Source: Blepharisma stoltei ATCC 30299 (lineage: Eukaryota > Protista > Ciliophora). From it: 64,000 bases of DNA. Location of the stretch: NCBI GenBank assembly GCA_965603825.1, contig CBFDEM010000044.1, forward strand, positions 712,617 to 776,616. Direction: 5' to 3'. The notes below the pieces were generated by a model that did not search any database, was not told the origin of the DNA, and saw nothing but the letters and a program-made list of their open reading frames with translations. Of the stretch, positions 1 to 15,000 are shown in pieces (within the stretch, counting starts at the first letter, position 1; every line of letters starts with the position of its first letter). The position numbers and the translations under genes were made by a program.

Positions 1-3000
1 CAAAAACCAGTTATTGTTGCTGAAAGTTATATGAGTATTCATGACAGTTCTACTTTATTGTCAGGATTACAAAGAAATCCTCTTGAGACTGAGCCTCACC
101 CTGAAGACCTACAAGGCTCCAGCTCTATAAGCTCATCTGGCCTGAAAATCGAAAAAGCTACATTTTCAATCAGCTGCAAAGGCCAAGTTTTCCCTGGATT
201 CAAAGCAGGCTCTTCATTACAAAAATCCATCAAAATATCAACTCAAACTTATTCTGGAATTTCAAAGCCTCATATACAAATAGAATCATTTAGTGAAGAA
301 CAAATAAGAAACTACATCATAAATAAGCACAAATTTGTTACTCAAAAGAGCCAGCAAGAAATTTCTTACTCTCACTCAGCGATTTCAAGGCCACAAATAT
401 TACTTGAAACACTTTATAAAGAGAAATCAAGAAAATCGAAAGCTAGCTACAGAGATCAGCAAGAATCAGAAATTGTTGAAGCAGCAAAGGTATCATTTGC
501 AATGAGCAGCAAAGTCCAAATCCTTCCTGAACTTTTAATCGAAAAATCTCTTGCTCAAAAATCTGAAGCTTCATCAGTTCATTCAGCTATTTTCAGACCT
601 CAAATATCAGTTGAAAAACTTTATAAGTCTGAAGCTAAAAAGCAACCAAAATACATAATTTCTGAGCCTGGAACAATATCGAAAGAAGAATCGTCAGAAG
701 CCTTCTCAATCATTTGCAGACCTGTCGTTCCAGTAGAGAAAATAACTGAAATTATGATACAAGAGGATATCGATAATATTTTTGTAGTAAAATACTCTAT
801 TATGCCAAAACCTCGAATTCCGATTGAAAAATATGAAGAGGATGAAATAAGAAGCTGGGTAATAAACAGAGACAGCCATTCTGAAAGCAAGCCAATTAGA
901 CAAGAAATCCCACTCTCAGCCTTTTCAAGTATATCTAGACCTGTCGTACCTATTGAAATGCTTAGTAAGGAAAAAATAAGAAGGCACCTTAAAGAAATTG
1001 CTGACACTGCTCAATACCAAGAATCATCAGTTGTTTATTCAGCGATTTCAAGGCCACAGATAGCTATTGAAAAACTATATGAAGAAGTTACAAGAAAACG
1101 GAAGGTTAATAAAGTTTATATTGATTACTCTGAAAAAAGCAAAATAAAAGAAATTGTTCTTGGGTCTAAGCCGATCTCTATTGTCGAACAACATTCTCAC
1201 CTAAGAGAAAAAGTGCCTTTTGTGACTGCTGAACATATTTTAACTCCTCTTTTAAAGCCGCTTATAGTCTGTGAAGAAATATCTGCTCATCAAGCTAAAA
1301 TTATTCTTGGAGCACAAAGTGCAATATCAGCAAGCCCAGATTCAGAGATACTTAAATTGCAAGCTTTCTTTAAGCCTAATATATCAATGCAAACTATTTA
1401 TAAAAAGCCTATTGAAATAGTCGAAGCTACAGAGAGCCAATCCTCTTCAGAAGAAATCCCTGAAGAAGAATTCGGAGCAGTTTCATTCCAAATTGAAGAA
1501 AAGTCCACCAAACTACAGTCAGAAGTTCCTGAAAACAAAAAGCCATCTGCATTATCGTATACAGTCCAGCCTTTACTTCTCATTCCGTTAGAAATCCACT
1601 ATGAGAAGCCAAATATTGAAGAGGAAGAAGTCATTATTTCTCCTGATGTATTTTTCTTTAACCCAATTATTGATGATTCACAAGAAGAAGTATATACAAT
1701 GGCTACTAAGGTTGCTACAATGGTAGAATTCCATGAAGAAAAGGCGATTGTAAAGCAAGCTGAAAGTAAAGGAGATGAAGCAAAAGATATAAAATATTAT
1801 GAAATTAAACCAATGCAAAAGCCTGTTATCAGTATAGAAAGTGTGGTTACAGTTACTCCAAAAAGACTTTTACAGAGAGAAATTTCAATTATAGAAATTA
1901 GAGAAAATATCGAGAATAAGTTCTCACTTCAAGCAATTGTGAAGCCAATTTCTATCCTTGAAGCTAGCCTTTCTGCTAAGAATATTGACATTTCTGAAAA
2001 AGATAAACAAATTCTCCCTGGAGCTCACCAGACTAAAGATAAATCAAATCTGCCTGAAATCTATAAAGAATCGTCTCAAAAATTAGTAGTAATTCCTTTA
2101 CAAAAACCAGTTATTGTTGCTGAAAGTTACATTAGCAGGCATGATATTTCTGCTTCGTTTTTATCAGAACCCCAAAGAAATCCTCTTGAGACTGAGCCAT
2201 ATATCAAAAATATTTTTGCATTAAAATACTCTATTATGTCAAAACCTCGAATTTCGATTGAAATATATAAAGAAAATGAAATAAGAAATTGGGTAATAAA
2301 CAGAGACAGCCATTCTGAAAGCAAGCCAATTAGACAAGAAATCCCACTATCAGCCTTTTCAAGTATATCTAGACCTATCGTACCTATTGAAATGCTTAGT
2401 AAAGAAAAAATAAGAAGGCACATTAAAGAAATTACTGATACTGCTCAATACCAAGAATCATCAGTTGTTTATTCAGCGATTTCAAGGCCACAGATAGCTA
2501 TTGAAAAACTATATGAAGAAGTTACCAAAAGACGCAAGGTTAATAAAGTTTATATTGATTACGCTGAAAAAGGTAAAATACAAGAGATTGTTATTCTGTC
2601 TAAGCCGATCACTATTGTTGAACAACATTCTCACCTAAGAGAAAAAGTGCCTTTTGTGACTGCTGAACATATTTTAACTCCTCTTTTAAAGCCGCTTATA
2701 GTCTGTGAAGAAATATCTGCTCATCAAGCTAAAATTATTCTTGGAGCACAAAGTGCAATATCAGCAAGCCCAGATTCAGAGATACTTAAATTGCAAGCTT
2801 TCTTTAAGCCTAATATATCAATGCAAACTATTTATAAAAAGCCTATTGAAATAGTCGAAGCTACAGAGAGCCAATCCTCTTCAGAAGAAATCCCTGAAGA
2901 AGAATTCGGAGCAGTTTCATTCCAAATTGAAGAAAAGTCCACCAAACTACAGTCAGAAGTTCCTGAAAACAAAAAGCCATCTGCATTATCATATACAGTC

Positions 3001-6000
3001 CAGCCTTTACTTCTCATTCCGTTAGAAATCCACTATGAGAAGCCAAATATTGAAGAGGAAGAAGTCATTATTTCTCCTGATGTATTTTTCTTTAACCCAA
3101 TTATTGACGATTCACAAGAAGAAGTATATACAATGGCTACTAAGGTTGTTACAATCGCAGAATTCCATGAAGAAAAGGCGATTGTAAAGCAAGCTGAAAG
3201 TAAAGGAGATGAAGCAAAAGATATAAAATATTATGAAATTAAACCAATGCAAAAGCCTGTTATCAGTATAGAAAGTGTGGTTACAGTTACTCCAAAAAGA
3301 CTTTTACAGAGAGAAATTTCAATTATAGAAATTAGAGAAAATATCGAGAATAAGTTCTCACTTCAAGCAATTGTGAAGCCAATTTCTATCCTTGAAGCTA
3401 GCCTTTCTGCTAAGAATAGTGAAACTTCTGAAAAAGATAAGCAAATTCTCGCTGGAGCTCACCAGACTAAAGATAAATCAAATCTGCCTGAAATATCTAA
3501 AGAATCGTCTCAAAAATTAGTAGTAATTCCTTTACAAAAACCAGTTATTGTTGCTGAAAGTTATATTCACAGCCATGATAGTTCTGCTTTATTGACAGGA
3601 TCACAAAGAAATCCTCTTGAGACTGAGCCTCACCCTGAAGACCTACAAGGCTCCAGCTCTATAAGCTCTTCTGGCCTTAAAATCGAAAAAGCTACATTTT
3701 CAATCAGCTGCAAAGGCCAAGTTTTCCCTGGATTCAAAGCAGGCTCTTCATTACAAAAATCCATCAAAATATCAACTCAAACTTATTCTGGAATTTCAAA
3801 GCCTCATATACAAATAGAATCATTTAGTGAAGAACAAATAAGAAACTACATCATAAATAAGCACAAATTTGTTACTCAAAAGAGCCAGCAAGAAATTTCT
3901 TACTCTCACTCAGCGATTTCAAGGCCACAAATATTACTTGAAACACTTCATAAAGAGAAATCAAGAAAATCGAAGGTTAGCTACGGAGAACAGCAAGAAT
4001 CAGAAATTGTGGAAGCAAAGGTATCATTTGCAGTGAGCGCCAAAGTCCAAATCCTTCCAGAGCTTTTAATCGAAAAATCTCTTGCTCAAAAATCTGAAGC
4101 TTCATCAGCTCATTCAGCTGTTTTCAGACCTCAAGTATCAGTTGAAAAGCTCTATGAGTCTGAAACTAAAAAGAAACCAAAATACATAATTTCTGAGCCT
4201 GGAACAATATCTAAAGAATCCTCAATAACTTTTTCTGCCTTGATGAGGCCACTTATAGTCTCTGAAGAAATTTCTAAAGCTTCTCAACAAGAAAAAATTC
4301 TTTCTGGAGTAGAAAGTTATTTGGCAGCAAGCCCAGACTCAGAGATATTCATTATGAAAGCCATTAATAAGCCAATTATTTTGATACAAACTGAGGACAA
4401 GAAACCTACTAAAATCGTCGAAGTAACAAAAGAGACATTTAGCATATCAGGAAAAGCCAAAGTAAAACCAGTTTTCCAACGAGACTCATCATTAGAAGAA
4501 ATAGAGCCTACAGAAAAGCCCGAGAGTTTGTCTGATCACAGCTTTAAAAGCAGTGAACAGTCAGAAAGTGACAAGGACTCGTTAGAATTTTTACTACCTC
4601 AAGCATTAATAGAAGCTGTGCAAAAATACTCTCCTCTATCAAAGCCTCAAATTTTGATTGAAAAGCATGATGAAGATGAAATAAGAAGATTGGCAATAAA
4701 GAAATTCAGCAGCTCTAAAAGTCAAACAATTGGCCAAGAAGTAGCTTTTGCAAGTACTTCTAGACCTGTTGTGCCTATTGAAATCCTTAGCAAAGAAAAG
4801 ATAAGAAGACATCTCAAAGAAATTGTTATTTATAGTGATGCAGCTCAATCTCAAGAATCCTCAATTGTTTATTCTGCTATTTCAAGACCACAAATCGCGA
4901 TTGAAAAACTATATGAAGAAGTCACCAGAAGGCGCAAGGTTAAGAAGGTTTACATTGATTATGCAGAAAGCAGCCAAGTCACAGAAATTATTCTTGAGTC
5001 AAAACCTATCACTATTATTGAGCAGCATTCTTATATTAAAGGAAAAGAGTCTTTTGAAAATATTCTGAGTCCTTCAGCTGAGATAGAAAGTAAGCCTGCA
5101 GAAAATCCTATCAATTTGCCTAAGGTTTCTAAAGACAGCCTTAGTCAATCAGAAAGTGTTCATATTTTATCTGCAGTTTTAAGACCTCAAATTCCAATAG
5201 AAACTTTGTATAAAGTACCTAGGAGAAAATATGGAAGCGAAAAAATAATTTCCCCAATGGACACTTATGAATCCTCCACCTTATCAGTACTATCTCGGCC
5301 TAGAATTCCTGTTGAGACTTTATCAGCGTCTTCTCAGAAAAAACAAAGAAGTCTTGAACTAAGCCTTTCTACACAAATAGAAAGCCAGGAAAGTTTCTCA
5401 ATTTCATCATTTAAGCCTCAAATACCATTTGGAGAGATTATCAAAGCGAAATTAGGAAATCTTGAAGCAATTATTAAAGTTAAACTTATGAAAGCGTTTG
5501 CGACTTGGAAAGAAAAAGTTGTGTTCAATAGAGACTCACTACAAGAGTATTTAGTAAGGGAGCTTTCTAGCGAAAAAGACTGGCCGGTAAATGAAAAAAT
5601 GGACAAACTTGTGAAGTTTTTGATGGAAATTTCTCATAAGAGAGGTAAGCTGCTGGAAGTTGCATTATTTGAATGGCTGGAAAAGACTAAATTAAATAGT
5701 TCAGATCCTGAATCTTTTAGACTATCTTCAACTGGTAGTCCAATTGTTAACAGTCCTATCATTCAAGAATTGCTAGAGAGCGAAGAAAATAAGGACAAAA
5801 ACGCCAAAATGTTTAAATTAGTCGAATTTTTAGTAGGGATTACTAAGAGAAGGGAAAAGTTTTCGCAGATCGCCCTGTTTGAATGGATGGAAAAAGCCCA
5901 CTTGATGGATGAACATCTTGAAGCTAGAAAAGCTGACTTAGAAAAGCAGTTTTCTTTGGAAAAAGTAATAGAAAAGATTATGCAAAATGAAGGAGAGGAC

Positions 6001-9000
6001 AGGCCAGACAGTAAGATGAGCAAAGTTATGAATTTCTTAGTGCACTTCCAACAAAAGAGGGAAAACCAAAGTAAGCTTGCGTTATTTGAGTGGATGGAAA
6101 AAGTCAACTTGAAATATGAAAGAATCCCTGAAAGAGACGAAGAAACACCTATTCAATACTCAGTCATTTCAAGACCTCAAATCCTACTTGAAACAATAAC
6201 AGAAGCATCAAATCGTCATTCATGGCAGTTTGAATATGAATTTTCAAGCTTGCATAAGATTGTCACTTTGCCATGCCTCTATGAAGAAAAATCATCAGAA
6301 AGATTTATTAAGTCTCCTGCTATTCAGCTTTCTACCCTTACAAAACCAAAGGTCCCTGCAGAAATAATTATAGAGAAACTTCAATATCAGCCTATGCCTT
6401 CATTTTCAATTCTCCAAAAACCAATCACTCTTCCTCACCACGAAAAATCTTCAGCCATTTCCCAGCTTTCCCTAAATGCCCAAGAAGCTGCGATTGAAGC
6501 TCCTATGCTTCATCTCAGCCGCCTAGTATTTTCTGCATCCCACAAAGCTATAAATCTTCCATATCTCGAGACTGAAAAATCTTCAGAGTTCATCTCTTTA
6601 TCATTTACTATCGAAAGAAAGCCAACAGTTCAGCCTGAATGCTACAGCTTCTTTGGAGAAACCGAAAACTACATAAGATTGAAGCTCAGAAATCTTGGAT
6701 CAATTTGCAGATACAATGTAATGAGAGCATTTTTGCTTTGGAAACAAAATGATGCGTTAAATAGCAGCGGAAACTTCAAAGAAACTTTGGTAAGGAAACT
6801 CACAAGTGAAAAAGAAAAGCCAGACGAGAAAATGGATAAAGTTGTAGACGCATTTGGATCTATTAGTAAGAAGAGAGAAAAATTCGCTGAATTGGCATTG
6901 TTTAAGTGGTTAGAGAGCTCTAAAGATATAGACTTGAAGCCTGAAAAAGAGCCAGAATTCTTCTTTGGAGAAAGCAGTATCAGCATTCAAGACTCCCAGG
7001 GTAATCACTTTGAAGCTTTCAGAAAGGTTTGTGTTCCATTAGAGACCTACGATGAAAAATCTCACAGAAAAATTGTTTTCCCATACTTATCGTCTCAGCA
7101 ATATTCAGTAGTATCAAGACCACAAATCCCTATTGATGTCATTTCCAAAGCTAAAAGAGCTAAATCTGCTGCAATTGAGGGCTCATTTAAAGCTTACTCA
7201 GCTATATCCAAACCTCAAGTATTGCTTGAATCAATAGTCCAAGCCTCATACCTTAATTACCTGACAGTCTCCAAGCCTCTTACTATTATTTATATATATG
7301 ACGAGGCTAAGAAATCAGATGGCTGGGAAGACATTTCGACTCCAAAACCATCACAAAGGATCACTAAGCAGGCCAGGTCAACTCTTAAGTCAAGAAAGCC
7401 GCTTAGCAAGGCTCAAAGCTTGCCAGTCAGTGATATACCACCATTTTATTCTCCAATCACCAAACCAATTACTAGCATTGAAATTTGTGAAGAGCCTCAT
7501 GAACCAGCTTGGGAAGATTTGAATACTAAAAAGCCTACCCAAAAAATAACAAAGAGACCTAGAGCTGCCCTTAAGTCAAGAAAGCCAATGAAAAACATTT
7601 CAGAGTTCCATATATCTGATAGACCAGTTATTCCTATAGAAGAGCATGCTATACCGACTGCAGAACAATTGGCTAGAATGTCAGAAAAAGTTAAGGATGC
7701 ATTGAGATGTTTAGCACATATATCAAAAGATAGCCTGAGCAAGGCATTCTATAGGTGGAGATATGTATATTCTGAGCAGAAAGAATCAGAAAAGGCAATA
7801 GAGTATAGCATTTCGACTAAGCTGAAACCCTTGATACTTCTTGAAACTTTATCATCTAAGCAGCATCATCAGAAAGATAAAAAATTAACGTCAAGTGATA
7901 CTAAGACTGTTAAACTTTCTCCATTTGAGAAGCCAAGAGTAGAAATTGCAACAGAAAAAGTTGAGTACGTTATTTTACCACAGCCGAAACGTACGATATC
8001 TGCAGTAAAACCACAATTAAGCTCTTCTACCTTAGAACTATCAATTATTAAAAAACCTCTTATCTCTATTTCTAATATTTCCAGATGCGAATTCCAGCCT
8101 GAAAACAAGCTTTTGACCGATATAGAAGTTAGCGAAGAATACCAAGTCATATTGCCACGGCCTAGCATCAGAAGAGCTTTAATAAAACGGCGAAAGCACG
8201 CACCTTTCAAGAAGCCAAGATTCCACTCAATCAGTGAAGTTGAATTCCAGCCACAAAGCAAACAGCTTCAAGACATTTTTACCGCTGAGGCAGAAATCGA
8301 AACTTATGAAGCACCACAACTGCAGGAGTCTGAAGCTCCTGAAGAGCCTCTTGAAGAAATTTCTATTCCTATAGCAATTTTTGAGCAGCCGTTATACTCT
8401 GAGATAGAGCCTTCTATTGCTGAAAATACAGTGCAGGTATACACAGTAGTTTCAAAACCAAGAGTTGTTTTAGAAAAGAGAGTTATAAGTGTTGATGAAG
8501 GGCAATCTTCTAACTTAGAACAAATTATCAAGCCAAAATTAGGAAATCTAGAAGCAATTATCAAGGTTAGGCTTATGAAAACATTTGCCACTTGGAAAGA
8601 AAAATCAGCTTTTAATCCAGAATCACTACAAGAGTACATCACCAGAGAGTTTTCCAGTGAAAAAGAATGGCCAGTGGACGAAAAAATGGACAAAATTGTG
8701 GAACACCTCACAGAAATTTCCCGTAAAAAAGACAAATTTGTAGAAATCGCTATGTTCGAATGGCTTGAAAAAGCGAAATTCAACAGTTCAGATCCTGAGT
8801 CCTTAAGACTTTCTTCAGTAGGCAGTCCTATAGCCAAAGTAATTTCCTCAGAAACTGACTCTCCACGCCTATCCACTTTTGGCAGTCCTGTAATCCATGA
8901 ACTACTCGAAAATGAAGAAAATAAAGACAAAAATGCAAAAATGTTCAAGCTTATTGAATGTTTAGTAGGAATCACCAAGAAAAGGGAAAAATTCGGGCAG

Positions 9001-12000
9001 ATGACGCTATTTGAATGGATAGAAAAATCAAATCTATTGGACGAAAATCAAGCTGAGCTTGCAAAGAAGTTTTCTATGGAAGAAGTAATTGATAAAATCA
9101 TTCAAAATGAAGGAGAGGATAAGCCAGACAGCAAAATGAGCAAAATTCTTAGATTTTTAGTAGAATCCCAGAGAAAGAAAGAAAACCACAGCAAACTTGC
9201 CTTGTTTGAATGGATGGAAAAGGTCAACTTGAAGTTTGAGAGATTCCCTGAAGGAATGCAGATCCAGTATTCAGCAATTTCAAGACCACAAATTTTGCTT
9301 GAAACCATAACTGAAGCGCAAAAGTCACAGACTTGGCAATATAAAGGTGAATTTTCTGCTGCCCAAAAGATAGTCACTTTCCCATATCTTGATACTGAAA
9401 AGTCTTCTCAAATTATTTCTCAGTCATTCACCATTTATAGAAAGCTTGCTGTCCAGCCAGAGTGTTACAGCTTCTTAGGGGAAACTGAAAATTACATTAA
9501 ACTGAAGCTCAGAAACCTTGGATCTATTTGTAGGTATAATTTGATGAGAGCATTTTTGCTTTGGAAACAAAATGATGCACTAAATAGCAGTATAGTCCTG
9601 AAGGAAACTTTAGTAAGGAAGCTCACAAGTGAAAAGGAAAAGCCAACTGACGTGAAAATGGATAAAGTTGTTGAGACTTTAAGCGATATTAGTAAAAAGA
9701 GAGGAAAATTCGCGGAATTAGCATTGTTTAAGTGGATTGAAAACTCAAAGGATTTAGACTGGAAGCCTGAAAAAGAGCCTGAGTTTTATTACCAATCTGG
9801 TGATACCAGTATGAATATCACAATTCAGGACTCGAAAGTCCATGAATACAGCTTTAGCATATGTAGAAGAATTTGTGTACCACTTGAAGTCCATGATACA
9901 GCATCCCATAGAAGACTTTTAGGTTCGTTAGAAAATGAGTCCATGCAGTATGCAGCGGTAACTAGACCTCAGATTCTCGTTGAAGTTATCTCTTCAGAGA
10001 AAAAAGCTAAGATTGTCTTATCAGAGCAGCCGAGTTTATATGCAGCTTATTCATTTATAACAAAGCCACTCATACTATTGGAATCATTGCTAGAAAAATC
10101 AGACGATAAAGAAAAGCCTATAATAATCCCCAAATCTCAAATTCCTCTTGAAGTGGCTTCTGAAGCAAAACTTGACTCATCAGAACAGCCGAGCCTGTAT
10201 GCAGCTTATTCATTTATAACAAAACCACTCATACTATTGGAATCAGTATCAGAAAAATCATACGATAAAGAACAGCCTATGATAATCTCTGAACCTCAAA
10301 TTCCTCTTGAAGCTGCTTCTGAAGCAAAACTTGACTCATCAGAAAATCCAAGCTTATTTGCAGCTTATTCATTTATTATAAGACCTCTCATACTATTAGA
10401 ATCATTATCAGAAAAATCAGACGATAAAGAAAAGCCTATGATAGTCTCCGGACCTCAAATTCCTATTGAAATGGTTTCTAAAGCAAAACTTGATTCATCT
10501 GAAAATCAAATCTTATATTCAGCTTATTCATTTATAACCAAACCACTCATACTATTGGAATCATTGCTAGAAAAATCAGATAACAAAGAAAAGCCTATGA
10601 TAATCTCTGGACCTCAAATTCCTATTGAAGTGGCTTTTGATGAAAAACTTGTGGCCCCAGGAAATCTCAGCTCTTTTGAAATATACTCATTTATCATAAG
10701 ACCTATCATACTATTGGAATCACTATCAGAAAAATCAGACGATAAAGAAAAGCCTATGATCATCTCTATACCTCAAATTCCTCTTGAAGCGGATTCTGTA
10801 GCAAAACTTGATTCATCCGTAAATCAAAGCTTATATGCAGCTTATTCGTTTATCACAAGACCTCTCATACTATTGGAATCATTATCAGAAAAATCAGATG
10901 ACAAAGAAAAGCCTATGGAAATCTCAGGACCTCAGATTCCTCTTGAAGTAGTTTCTGAACAAAAACTTTTGGCCCCAGAAAATCTCAGCTCTTTTGAAGT
11001 GCACTCATTTATTATAAGGCCTCTCATATTATTGGAATCATTGTCAGAAAAATCAGGTGATAAAAAACAGCCTATGATAATCGCCAAATCTCAAATTCCT
11101 CTTGAAGTGGCTTCTGAAGCAAAACTTGACTCATCAGAACAGCCAATCCTATATGCAGCTTATTCATTTATAACAAAACCACTCATACTATTGGAATCAG
11201 TATCAGAAAAATCATACGATAAAGAACAGCCTATGATAATCTCTGAAGCAAAACTTGATTCATCCGAAAATCCAAGCTTATATGCAGCTTATTCGTTTAT
11301 CACAAGACCTCTCATACTATTGGAATCATTGTCAGAAAAATCACACGATAAAGAAAAGCCTATAATAATCTCCAGGTCTCAAATTCCTCTCGAAATGGCT
11401 TCTGCTGAGAAACTTTTGGCCCCAGAAAATCTCAGCTCTTTTGAAGTGCACTCATTTATCATAAGACCTCTCATACTATTGGAATCATTGTCAGAAAAAT
11501 CAGACGATAAAGAAAAGCAGATAATAACTTCCAGACCTCAAATTCCTCAAGATGTGGCTTCTGATGAGAAACTTGTGGCCCCAGAAAATCTCAGCTCTTT
11601 TGAAGTATACTCATTTATTTCAAAACCACACATAATGCTAGAGTCATCATCAGAAAAATCAGAAGATAAGGAAGAGACTATAATAATCTCTGGACCTCAA
11701 ATTCCTTTTGAAGTGGCTTCTTATGAGAAACTTGTGACCCCAGAAAATCCAAGCTTATATGCAGCTTATTCATTTATCACAAGACCTCTCATACTATTAG
11801 AATCATTGTCAGAAAAATCAGAAGAAAAAGAAAAGCCTATAATAATCTCTAGACCTCAGACTTCTCTTGATATCGCTCTCGAAGGGAAACTTATTGCGTC
11901 AGAAAGTCTCAGCTCATTTGAAGTTTATTCATTTATCTCAAAGCCACTCATACTATTAGAATCATTGTCCTCAAGGTCAATCGACTTAGAAAAGTCTGCA

Positions 12001-15000
12001 CAGTATTCAGCAATAGCAAGGCCTCAAGTTTCTCTTGAAGTGATATCTAAAGAAAAAAGAGCCAAATCTGCCTTATTAGAAAAATATAATGACATTATTC
12101 TTAGTTCAGAACAGCGTTCATATATGGCATTAGCAAAACCTATAATCATGTTTAGTCAGATACACGAACGAAAAGTCCAATCCCAGGTTATGACAGTTTT
12201 AGCAGCGGCAAAAGTGATCATTCCTCTTGAATTATTGTCAGAAAAAACAGAAAGCTTAGATAAGAAAGTATATTTGCCTATAAGCAGACCTTTAACTATT
12301 GTGGATATGTTTAGCGAAGACTGGGAAGATATCACTCCCACTCAAAAATCTTTAGTAATCACCAAGAAAAAAGGTCCTGCACTTAAATCTAGAAAGCCAG
12401 TGACTAAGAATCTCCAATCGTTCTCTCTTCTGAAAAAGCCACTTGCGTTTATAGAAGAGCTTGAAATTTCTGAAAAAGTAAAAGATTCGCTAAGGCATTT
12501 GAATCATATTCTCAAAGATAGGATTAGCAAAGCCTTTTATATATGGAAGCACAATGGATCTTCTGAAGAATTCATAGAAGAAGTCACTACAGTCACTTGG
12601 TCTATTGAAAGGAATGACCCTGCTTTCAAAGAATCAGCCCTAGCTAGACTTGCATTTGTGATTAATCAGACTGATGCCAAATTGCTTGGCTTTGCATTTG
12701 AAAAATTGAAATATATCAGCCAAACTGCCAAAGCTCCTGAATTTGTGTATACTGAATTGCCTAGCTATAGAGTACTTACTATAGTTGAAACTTATGACAA
12801 GCATAGGAGAGCCAATATTAAAGCTGAAGACGATCTTATAGAGCTAGGATCTGTTTCCTCATTAGAGGAAGCTGTGGAAGAAAGACAAGTATATGAAGTC
12901 CTTACCAAACCTAATAGCTTCCCAATTTGCATATTTGAACAGATTCCTATCAAAGTAGAAATGACCGTAGACAGCGAATATATAGTTTCCAGCATCTTTA
13001 AGCCCCTCATAATGCCTGAAATTCTATCTCCAAAAGCCCACCAAGTGTCAGACACCCTCATCCCTGGTGAAACCAGAACTATACAATTTGTCCCATTCGA
13101 AAAGCCCCGACCAAGAATTACCGAAGAAAAAGTCGAAATTGTGATTCTCCCTCTTCCTAGAGTTGATAGAGAATTAAGAAAGAGCAACACCCCTCTTGAT
13201 ACATCTAAAGATGAGTCATCATTTGAAAAACCTGAAGCTTCTAACGAAATCAGAGTCCTAACTAAGCCATTATCCCCATTAGCCAAAGTAACCCGCTTGT
13301 TCTTTGAAATTTCAGACAAAATGACTGTTCCAATTGAAGAAGATGAGGAATACAAAGTTGTCCTGCCGAAATCTATTATTAGGCGACCATTGGTTAAGCG
13401 AAGAAAATATGCCCCAGTAAGCAAGCCAAGATTTGAAACCAGCTCACAGGTTACTATTCAGCCTGCACAAAAAGTGATCCAAGATATTCTCATTGTAGAA
13501 GGAGCAGACACCCAAGAAGTCGGATACGTCACTGAAGACACTCATAGAACTTTGCAGCTGGAAATTAAGCCAGAGGTCACTGAAATGGAGTTTACTTTTG
13601 AATTTAAAGAAGAAGTCCCTGAAGTAGTTGATGAATATTCAATTGAACAAAAAGCAGAATCTTCAGTCCTGGTAGTTGAAAGGTTCGAGGCTGAAAATAA
13701 GCCAGAAGTGTTTGGAGCTGTATATGAAGAAGAAGTCAATGTGTATTTATTAGACCAAAAAGTGGTTTCATCATTGGTAAATGTAGAGAAATATCACTAT
13801 GAATTAGAAACTAAGCCAGAGGTGCTTGAAGCTGTCTATAGACAAGAGATCAGTGAATATCTGCTAGAACAAAGACCTACTTCATCATTATTGCTTATTG
13901 AGAATTATCATTACCAAATAAAACCTCAGCCATTTATAACTTGTATTGAGCAAGCCATTGCTATAGAATACTCATTAGAGCATAAAGCTGATACTTCATT
14001 GTTATTAATTGAGCAATTTAAGTCTGTTCATTCCCTCCCAAGAATTCAGCCAGTCTCAAAGTCCTTTACTTCTTATTTGCCAATACAAATCGAGCGAAAA
14101 GTGGTCATAGACATTGAAGAAGATGAGGATTATTCTTTGCAATCCACTACAAAGCAGCTGGTAAAGCACACCAAATATGTACCATTCGGCAAGCCAAGAG
14201 TAAAATCAAGCTCAAACCTTGAAATCCTTCCAGTCAGAAAAATCGTTTCTGATATATTGGCAGTAGAAAAGCCATCTGATATCATTACTAAAGATAGTGC
14301 AAAAGAGCTGCAAGAAAGTGTCCTAGCTAATCCAGAGCCAACCGAGCTAGCAGTCACATTTGAGTTTAAGCCAGAAGTTGCTGACCTCCCTAATGAATAT
14401 TATCCTTCTGAAAAGCCAGCTCCTTCCATGCTTGCAGTCCAAGAATTCGGTCCTCCGTATTCTCTCGCTACAGTTTACCCTTACAATGCAGAAAAATCAG
14501 AATACAGTCAAATCCGTAAAAATCCTTCTTCAATGCTATTAGTTGAAGACTTTGGCCATGAGCTGAATTTACCTGTTACTGATCCAATATATGACCAAGA
14601 TTTACTAGAAAGCCAAGAAGAGTTAGTTTATAAAGAAATAGACATAAGCAGCCTCCTTAGCAAGCCACTTGTAAAAGATTTAAGTTCTTTGCTAGACTCC
14701 CCCGAAATCCAGTCAACAGAAAGAATTACTAAATCATTGGAGCCAGAAGAAGAATTCAAACAAGTCACAGGACGATCACAAGCAGAGTCACTTGGAATTG
14801 AAACCCATAGACCAGCGTCTACTTCTCGAAGAAGAGTCCACAAAGTTCGCCGTATCTATACTAAGAAATTAAGATACTACCCACTTCAAAAAGGCATCAA
14901 AGCTCTTGCCCAAAGCAAGATCGTCAAGCCAATGCAAGAAGCCTTTGACCTCCTCAAATATCTGCTTTATACTTCGACAACCCCATCTCAGCAGAAAATA

